64,000 nt of DNA from Octopus vulgaris (taxonomy: Eukaryota): assembly GCA_951406725.2 (NCBI GenBank), contig OX597824.1, forward strand, positions 69,006,001 to 69,070,000, in the 5' to 3' direction. Each line of letters begins with the position of its first letter. Within the stretch, counting starts at the first letter, position 1. The notes under the pieces were generated by a model. It was not told the DNA's origin and searched no databases. It worked only from the letters and a program-made list of their open reading frames with translations. Positions 53,755-64,000 of the stretch are shown here, in pieces. The position numbers and the translations under genes are program-made.

Positions 53755-54149
53755 GTATACAACCATTGTCATTATTATAAACGTTATAATATACATCGAT
53801 ATATTACGTATATACGCACACATATTTATACTTATAATGAATAATTAAATGAATGTATAATTATAAATATATACTACATGTAAATATGTGAGTGAATGTA
53901 TATATATATACAAATGCGTAAATATATATGCTTGCGTGTGTGTGCGCGTGTGTGTGTGTGTGATTCGGTAATGAGCAGAACCATTTACAGCTTAGTAGAT
54001 GAAACCAATTCTTTAAAATATTAAACAAAAGTATAAAAGAACGCAATGGTTTTCCTTTTGTGTCTTCTATGAAAACATCCTCGATTCCAGTTGATTTCAC
54101 TTTGCGCCAATTGACAGTTTAATCACGACTAAAGAACAAGCAACCACAT

Positions 54150-54260
<111 letters not shown>

Positions 54261-54855
54261 CATGAATATATATACATATATACATATATGTATATATATA
54301 TATATATATACATATATATATAAATAATTAATATATATATATGTATATATGTATGTATATGTATATGTATATATATTTGTATATGCTACATTGTCCTTAA
54401 TATTATTAGCTCTTATTAACTAGTTAGTCTTCGCCAAGTAATAGTGTATTCACGAATATAACGGAGAGAAAAACAGTTAAGTAGTGTTTTTGTTTTGTTT
54501 TGTATGTTAGGCTGGTTTGTTTGTTCATTTGTTTTTATTTATATGCTTGTTCTGCCTGTTTGTTTGTTTGTTTGTTTGTTTCTGCGATATAAGCTAATAT
54601 GATGTTTTCATAATGGGATATAAATTTTCTGCGACCATTCAATCAGGTCACGTGATCTGCAGCGCAAAACGATTCACCACAAAGAAAACGAACGCGTAAA
54701 TAAACATAAATGGAAAAACATTCTCCTAATTTGGCTTCAATGGAGTACATTTATGACCAGAAACATTGATATTTCGGCAGGTTTTTCCCAGAATTAATAC
54801 CTAATCTTGTATGTTGAAACCAACCCATTGACTATTATGCATATATATATACATA

Positions 54856-54978
<123 letters not shown>

Positions 54979-55823
54979 GTACATGGGCACCTACCAATTC
55001 GCGTATAAATAGCCGTGTAAAGAATAGCAGAGATTAGATCCACATCATTTACGAGTTAATAAGGTCAACATCGACTAAATTTGGTAGCCGCTTATGGACT
55101 GACATTAAATACTAATATTAAATATAGCTAATTATCGTTTGACTAAATGCAATTAATTTTTTGCTGCCATTTATTTAGCTTTATACCGGAGAAATGCAAG
55201 AACAGCGAAAAAAAGAAAAAAAAAAACAAAAGTAAAATGGTGTGCGCCCAGTTGTACATATTACGCATGCGCAAAGTTATTTCGTAACGCCTTTTCTTAA
55301 TTTCTGATTACCTTTTTCTATACAAGTATATCAGTTGAATACGCTTCCCCACCTCCTATTTACATCTGTATATGTATGTATGCATATTTCTACGTATGTA
55401 TGTATGCATGTATGTATGTACGTATGTATGTATGTACGTATGTATGTACGTATGTATGTATGTATGTATGTATGTACGTACGTATGTATGTACGTACGTA
55501 TGTATGTATGTATTTATGTATGTATGTATGCATGTACGTATGTATGTATGTACATATGTATGCATGCTTGTTGGCATCTATGTATGTGTGTTTGTATACA
55601 TGCATGTTTGCATTTATGAATATGTCATGTTCTTATGTATATGAATATATGTGCATATACTCACATATACTTGTATGTGTATGTAGGTATGTATGTAGGT
55701 ATATATATATATATACATACATACACATATGCCTGTGTGTGTATATATACATATACATATATATATACTTGTATATATATACACATGCATATAGGCTGAC
55801 AGATATCTATCTATCTATCTAAC

Positions 55824-55885
<62 letters not shown>

Positions 55886-55909
55886 CAGACAGATAGACAG
55901 ATAGCTTGT

Positions 55910-55969
<60 letters not shown>

Positions 55970-56841
55970 GAAGGAGAGGCAGAAAAACGGTGAGAGAGGG
56001 AGATAAACAGAATTGTAGATATATAGATATTTACAAACACACATGCGTACATATATTTAGACATACGCACACGCATATGTTACTTTTTGCCGTTACATCA
56101 GGAAAAAGTACGAACATTCGTGTGTACCCCGTATAGAAGCTTGATAGTCTCTTTCGTAAACTTCTACTGAATAAAATATATTGAACACGATAAAACGATG
56201 TACGCAATTGAACAGTATTTAGTTTAAAATTGCTATTTGTGTGCCATACTAAATGCGTCATACTAACTATGTCATATTTGCTTGAAGATATAATTGTGTG
56301 AAACTGTTTCGAGAAGGCTCAAGAAATGCGAAATGCTTCCGTTGTTCTTGTGAGACAATGCAACGACAATGGTCGTTTTGTTGTGATATACATGTTGTTT
56401 GTAACATAACAAGCCGATGAAGAGATTTTCATCTCATACTATTGCACAGTATCGTGCCTTGTAATGGTGTGTATGTATGTCATATGAAACATAACTGGCG
56501 AATAAAAAAGCACTATATACACATGTGTCTTGCCCTGTTTATTCCACTAAACCTGTACGTATATACTTACATACATAGGTGCATGCATGCATGTACGTAC
56601 GTATAAAGACACATACACACACACATACACATATGTATAAAAATACGTGTTTTTGAAAATACTTTACGAAAGCGTTCACACATTAGAAAAAAAAATGCTT
56701 CCCCCAAAAAGGTTAATGATATCCTCATAAAATATTTCAAAGCATTTTTAAAAAAACAAAACAAAAAAAATCACCTTTGTACATCAAAAACTGTATCAAG
56801 TCATACTCATAGACTTTCAGATATGTGTGTATATATATATG

Positions 56842-57254
56842 CTCTTTTTTACTCTTTTACTTGTTTCAGTCATTTGACTGCGGCCATGCTGGAGCACCGC
56901 CTTTAGTCGAGCAAATCGACCCCGGGACTTATTCTTTTTGTAAGCCCAGTACTTATTCTATCGGTCTCTTTCGCCGAACCGCCAAGTGACGGGGACGCAA
57001 ACACACCAGCATCGGTTGTCAAGCAATGCTAGGGGAACAAACACAGACACATAAACACACACACATACATATATATATATATACATATATACGACAGGCT
57101 TCTTTCAGTTTCCGTCTACCAAATCCACTCACAAGGCATTGGTCGGCCCGGGGCTATAGCAGAAGACACTTGCCCAAGATGCCACGCAGTGGGACTGAAC
57201 CCGGAACCATGTGGTTGGTTAGCAATCTACTTACCACACAGCCACTCCTGCGCC
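56842..57254 (-). mobile_element. SINE family A, young full-length copy flanked by a ~121-bp direct duplication
   Basis: Close to the consensus. Flanks 56720-56840 and 57255-57375 are direct repeats with three visible mismatches. Confidence 0.93.
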
Positions 57255-57355
57255 TATCCTCATAAAATATTTCAAAGCATTTTTAAAAAAGCAAAACAAA
57301 AAAAATCACCTTTGTACATCAAAAACTGTATCAAGTCATCCTCATAGACTTTCAA

Positions 57356-57399
<44 letters not shown>

Positions 57400-57679
57400 G
57401 CATATATGCGTACAGGACGTCATCAACAGTAAACAACATGAAATACGAAAACAAATGAGTTAAATACGCAAATAACGAGAGAGAAAAAGGACGAGTAATA
57501 CAAAGAACGACCCTTCATCAGTTGTCGGCTGTCTATCTACTCCCCATTTCGAGCAATCAACGACGATGTGAATCTTCGAAGACAGTTGCTCCCATAAATA
57601 CCGAAATAAAATTTTGGATTTATGGAGGGTCAAATTTAGGAACAGAAGCAGAACAGTGGAGATATACATGCTCAACATT

Positions 57680-57985
57680 CGATGCAATACCAAACAGGTT
57701 CATACAATCCAAGAATGTTGGATCATATCGTACGCCTTACGATAGTCGATCCATGACATTGGCTAAGTTACTTTTCCTCCTCCAGCAGTCACTGAGTACA
57801 GTTTTTTTCTCAGGAGTTGATCCTTGGTCCCTCTGCACTTTTGCTTGCAACCCTTCTGCTCATGTGGCAGGACTCCATTTTTTTTCCAAATGTTCGTACA
57901 TTAACTCTGCGAGTATTCCAGTCAATAACTTCCACATAAGTGGCAAACAGGATATCGGCCTGTAATTGTCTACCGTACTAAACTT
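57680..57985 (-). mobile_element. R4/Dong-clade LINE RT fragment
   Basis: Minus strand [30 protein letters not shown]...KTVLSDCWRRKSNLA...DCMNLFGIA. Confidence 0.88.
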
Positions 57986-58151
57986 TTGAAAGATTGTCAA
58001 TAAATGGGGGAAAACAATGATTGGGATGGATGTGGAGCATATTTATATGCAATGATGTTTTTTTAAAGTCAACATGATGTGTGTTCACAATTCACTTGAT
58101 GTGTCGAGACAGCTCTGAATATTTCATTATAGCAGGAAATTTTTGACGACT

Positions 58152-58203
<52 letters not shown>

Positions 58204-58884
58204 TACATATACATACATACATACATACATATATACATACATACATATATATATATATATATGCATATACACACATACATATGTACACGTTTATATACAA
58301 GGATGTATCAGTACATATATATATATATACATACATATATGCATACATATACACACACATATATACACACACACATATATATACATATACATATATATGT
58401 ATACTTTATACAACAACGATCGTCTGTTCAATAATAATAATAATAATAATAATGACTATAATAACAATTGTAATAACGATAATGATAATAATAATAGTAA
58501 TATAATAATGATAATATATAATATATATATATATGTATATATATGCACACTCACACACACATATATAAATACATACACACGCACACACACATATAAATGA
58601 AAAGAGAAAGGAATGACATATGAAAGGCGACATTAGCATATATTTGGATAATTAAATTAAAGAATGGTCTGCTAAATTACAAACATAATACTTAATGAAT
58701 TCACGCAATTTGTCTCTGAGTGGAAGGCAACCAATTAAAACTCTGATGTAAATGCTTGCGATCGTGAAGAGTCTGATTGATTATTTCAAGAATTTGAAAC
58801 ATATACATTTTGGTTTTGAATTAACTCACTTCCTACTTATTTATTGTCCACAATGAAAATAAAACCAGTTTGATATTTACTATT

Positions 58885-59068
58885 GGCAAGCACAAGGCCT
58901 CAAATTTGGAGGAAGGGAATATGTCAATTACATCGACCCTAGTGTGTAACTAGTATTTATTTAATCGACTCGAAAATATGAAAGGCAATGTTGAGCTCGG
59001 CGTAAAGACGGACGAAACACTGCAAAGCATTTTGCCGGCGTGCTAACGATGCTGCCCGCTCGCCACCT
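58885..59068 (-). mobile_element. SINE family B copy
   Basis: GCACAAGGCCTCAAATTTGG...ATTACATCGACCC...GGCGTGCTAACGATGCTGCCCGCTCGCCACC. Confidence 0.75.
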
Positions 59069-59170
59069 TCTGGCAGCAATGAACTGTGTTCATATATTTT
59101 GCGCTTGTAAACCATGTTAGAATACTGCAGTTTAAACTTACCTGCAGATCAGAAAATGTTTTCTATGTAT

Positions 59171-59992
59171 GTGGCTGTGTGGTAAGTAGCTTGCTTACGA
59201 ATCACATAGTTCTGGGTTCAGTCCCACTCCGTGGCACCTTGGACAAGTGTCTTCTGCTATAGCCGCTGGTCAACCAAAGCCTTGTGAGTAGATTTGGTAG
59301 ACGGAAACTGAAAGAAGCCCTTCGTACATATGTGTATATATATATGTGTGTGCGTGTATGTGTTTGTGTGTCTGTGTTTGTCTCCCCAACATCGCTTGAC
59401 AACCGATGCTGGTGTGTTTACGTCCCTGTCAGCTAGCGGTTCGGCAAAAGAGACCGATAGAATAAGTACTAGGCTTACAAAGTATAAGTCCTGGGGTCGA
59501 TTTGCTCGACTAAAAAGGCGGTGCTCCAGCATGGCCACAGTCAAATGATTGAAACAAGTAAAAGAGTAAAAGAGTAGACAAAGAAATCAATTTATTAAAT
59601 ATACTCTTGCAAAGGTTAGTTTGCACAACTACAAATGAAGAGAACTAGGAGGAATTAGCCCCACATTGTTCAAAGGCTAGATTCGATATATAGCCTCGGA
59701 CCGACCAACGCCTTGCGAGTTGTGTTAGAATGTCTTATACAAGTAACAGATGTTTCACTTCTCCTATTAAAATTATTGTATGTGTGTGTGTGTATATGTG
59801 TTTCTGTGTGTGTGTTTGGCCCCCCAACATCGCTTGACATGTGTTTGCATCCCCGTAATATAGCAGTTCAGCAAAAGACCCCGATGGAATAAGTACTAGG
59901 CTTACGAAGAATAAGCCATGGGGTCGATTCAATCGACTAAAGGTGGTACCCCAGCTTGGCTGCAGTCAAATGACTGAAACAAATAAAAAGAA
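59171..59992 (+). mobile_element. SINE family A copy (59171-59575) plus a partial second copy (59689-59992)
   Basis: Family A consensus blocks, with a GAGTAAAA tail on the first copy. Confidence 0.85.
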
Positions 59993-59997
59993 TATAT

Positions 59998-60044
<47 letters not shown>

Positions 60045-60179
60045 ACTGATATGGACAGGCATATACACATTTATGCTTTGAATATGTACACATATATTGA
60101 TATCTAAGCATATATGGATGTATATGTGGTACATATATACATGAATATATATATACATACATGCATATATATATATACA

Positions 60180-60217
<38 letters not shown>

Positions 60218-60431
60218 CATAGTATAAGTGCGTGTAGAAGGCAACGCTACCTGATTTTTAGTGGTTTATTTCATTCGTGAAAAATCTTCCTATTCCCCAA
60301 TGGAAGACGTCAATAAATATTTTTTGTTGTTATTAATGTTTTAGTAGAATTTATTTTATAATTTTCTTTCTTCTTAATTCTACTTTCAGGATCTGTCTTT
60401 TTCTATCACAGTTTCCATCTCTCTCTCTTTC

Positions 60432-60530
<99 letters not shown>

Positions 60531-60644
60531 CTTTCTCCATCTCTCTCTCTCTCTCTGTTTTTTACCATCTCACTATGTATGCATGTGTGTACATATGAGT
60601 GTGTGTGTATATGAATCTTCGCATATATGTTTGCACATATGTTG

Positions 60645-60680
<36 letters not shown>

Positions 60681-60768
60681 TATATATATGTATATATGCA
60701 TGTGTATATAACTATGTATGTATATGTATATGTATATATGCATATATGTATATATAAATATATATATG

Positions 60769-60817
<49 letters not shown>

Positions 60818-60848
60818 ATTATTATTATTATTATTAATATTATTATTA

Positions 60849-60915
<67 letters not shown>

Positions 60916-60957
60916 TACTATAATTAGTATTTTTATTAATAGTAATATTATTGCTAA

Positions 60958-61188
60958 GGAGATGAGCTGGCAGAATCGTTAACACACCAGGCTAAATACT
61001 TAGCGGGTTTTCGTCTGTCTTACCGTTCTGAGTTCAAATTCCGCCGAGGTCGACTTTGCCTTTCATCCTTTCGGGGTCGATAAATTATGTACCAGTTACA
61101 CACTGGCGTCGATATAATCGACTTAATCCGTTTGTGTGTCCTTGTTTGTCCCCTCTGTGTTTAGCCCCTTGTGGGTAGTAAAGAAATA
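60958..61188 (+). mobile_element. SINE family B copy with the alternative tail
   Basis: GAGCTGGCAGAATCGTT...GCCTTTCATCCTTTCGGGGTCGATAAA...TGTTTAGCCCCTTGTGGGTAGTAAAGAAAT. Confidence 0.88.
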
Positions 61189-61361
61189 TATTATCATTAT
61201 TATTTCGTAGTTACTCACCTACATTTCTCTTTCCTTTACTTCCCTTCTTCTTCTCCTCATCCTTCGCCTCCTCCGCCTCCTCCTTCGCCTCCTCCGCCTC
61301 CTCCTCCTCACCTCCCCCTCCCCTCCTCCTCCTCCTTCTTCTTCTTCTTCTTCTTCTTCTT

Positions 61362-61392
<31 letters not shown>

Positions 61393-62195
61393 TTCTTCTT
61401 CTTTTTCTTCTTTTGTCTCCTGTGCTCCTTCTACTCCTGCTATCACAATCTCTATTTTCAGTCATCCTGTGTTGACACTTATCTTCCATTATTAATACTT
61501 GTTCTTATGTGCTTGTCTCTGCATACGTCAACATTATACACACACACATGCATACATGTAATGTATATATGTATATATATATATATATGTATTTGTTTGT
61601 ACGTATGTATACCCATATATACGCATATATATTTATATATGAATAAGTATATATAAATATATATATATATACATATATCTACATACACACACATATATAT
61701 ATATATACGCGCATATTTCAATGAGCGTACTTATATATATACATATGTGGTTGTGTGTGCGTAAGAATAAAACATATTTGTGTGTGTATGTTTGTGCATA
61801 TATAGACATGTATGTTTATGTATGTATGTATGTATGTATGTATGTATGTACTCACACGTATACACACACTCATACATACACGTGCTCACTCGCATATTTT
61901 TCTTTTTTTTTTTCTAATTCCTTTATCAATTTATTTTCCGTCTACGATATTTTGCATGAAACAACAAACAATAACAACAATAACAACAACAAAAACAACA
62001 GGCAATGAATAACAAACAAAAATTAATCAGCATATTTTATTATAAATATAACAACAATATCATATTTATGTATCATTAACTTCTTTAATGAGGACCGCAC
62101 AAGGCATATTTTTGTTGGTTTATATATTTTATGGACCCCTCACTTTCACACACACACACACACATGCACATACACACATGCGCGCACACACACAA

Positions 62196-62262
<67 letters not shown>

Positions 62263-62415
62263 TAATAACACTTAGTGTACGCCATATCTTCTTCATCTAG
62301 AATATAATGGTGGCTTGATGTATGAATAGTATACACAAACACACATATATATATACACCTATACACATGTGCTATATATATAATACATATATACATCTGT
62401 ATATATATACGTATA

Positions 62416-62480
<65 letters not shown>

Positions 62481-62496
62481 TATATGTCTCTATATG

Positions 62497-62571
<75 letters not shown>

Positions 62572-63284
62572 ATGTAAGGATATATATATATATATACATA
62601 TATGCATATATATGTCTGTATATATATATATATATATATATATGCGGAGCAAGAGGGAGAGGGAGAAATAGTGCTGTGTGTTCCGTGATCTCGAATGACA
62701 TTTGTTGTTGCTATGTAAGCTGGAGGTTAGCCCTTATCTAGCAAAACTATGATCAAAGACACGTTCATCTTAATCATCCTGTCTTATATACATATTGAAT
62801 ATAGCTAGATTTTTATTGTTCTTTCCATATATGGTATATCAATGACTTCATGTTTCTTATCTTTTAGCCGCGTATGGCGTATCTAGGGCTTCAGTGTCCC
62901 CTCTTATATTCACATGTAATCCCTTATGGTAAAGGTACAAGCCCTGAAATTTTCGACCCTAGTATTTCCCTGGTACTTATTTCATGGTCCTGAAGGTATG
63001 GAAAGCAAAGTTAAGCATTTTGTCCGGCCTGCTAATGATTTTGCCAGATCGCTACCTTTATGTCCATATATAATGTATTTGAGTCTTCAATTTCCTGTCT
63101 TGTATCCATATGTTGTCTGGTACTCCGTCGGCCAACACGATGAATATTCTAGTTTTCTTATTCCCAACGCCAGCGTCTATACAGAGTATGATTTGAAAGA
63201 ATTTAGATTGTTCTTTATTACAGATCGAGCGACTGGTCAGTAGAAAATTAAGTATCTTAGTTTATATCTTTTATATCATAATTT

Positions 63285-63625
63285 TTCTGTCATTGGACCG
63301 CAAACATGTTGGGTTACCGCTTTGAACGGTTTTGGTCGAGAAAATCCATCCCATTACTTATCTATTTCGTAAAGTCTGGCGCCTATTCTGTCAATTTGTT
63401 TTGAAGAACCACTGATGCTACGGGATGTAAACCGGTCAAGACTGGTTTTGAAGATTGAAGACTGGTGATGGGACACACGCATACACACACACATAAACAC
63501 AAATACACATGCACCCTACCCGCCACACGATTGGTTTCCACATAGTTTCCATCTACCAAATTCACTCACAAAGCATTGGTCGGCTCCTAGTGATAGTAGT
63601 AGATAGTCGTATCCACACAGCCATA
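63285..63625 (-). mobile_element. SINE family A-related copy, old
   Basis: AGTTTCCATCTACCAAATTCACTCACAAAGCATTGGTCGG...CCACACAGCCA. Confidence 0.7.
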
Positions 63626-63762
63626 ACTGCAATAAAATTGTTGCAATCTTGAAGCATGGATTGGCAGAAGTGCAAGAGGCTCGACCAAGATTCGTTGTGG
63701 TATATGTTCCCTCCCTTAGCATTCATACAGCAACACTGCGGCGACACTTGTACTAAGAAGTA

Positions 63763-64000
63763 CCGTAAATCTTCGAGTATAGTCCGCCCTTGAGTATAAT
63801 ACGCAGAGGATTTTTAGGGGATTGTACCTCTGAAAAACCTAAACTTTGTGTATAATACGCACCCCATCTCTAACTTGAGTCAAGGAGCTCTATATAACGT
63901 CCTTGGTTTGTAAAAATGTATACGATAACGTCCTTTATTATTTATTGTATATATAACATAATGGGAACGTGTAGCTTTTTTGTGCATTTTGTTTGCAGAA
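63763..64000 (+). mobile_element. Left end of a Tc2/pogo-like DNA transposon or MITE
   Basis: TA-CCGTAAATCTTCGAGTATAGTCCGC terminus with subterminal GTATAATACGCA repeats, typical of Tc2-type TIRs. The other end is outside the window. Confidence 0.65.

Overview
This is AT-rich, microsatellite-dense, non-coding animal genomic DNA. The repeat families look like an octopus/coleoid cephalopod genome; that is an inference from recognising the families. I found no intact host protein-coding gene, and almost all ORF-track entries are translations of simple repeats such as (TA)n, (CA)n, (TATG)n, (TATC)n, (TAA)n and (GAT)n. Recognisable content includes decayed or internally deleted Tc1/mariner DNA transposons (mariner DD34D, Tc1, DD37D/maT, a 5'-5' foldback mariner MITE, a Tc2-like end) and three R4/Dong-type LINE fragments. 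There is also a Penelope-like GIY-YIG remnant and dozens of copies of at least five tRNA-derived SINE families. The most interesting signal is a set of short, microsatellite-flanked, often palindromic (foldback) elements carrying minimal type-I hammerhead-ribozyme architectures. Their catalytic cores include all three covarying 3-8 pairs (C3:G8, G3:C8, U3:A8) and recurrent U4C and A6Y variants. One of these hammerheads lies downstream of a tRNA-type Pol III head. Ribozyme activity and transcription are not shown by the sequence and remain hypotheses.
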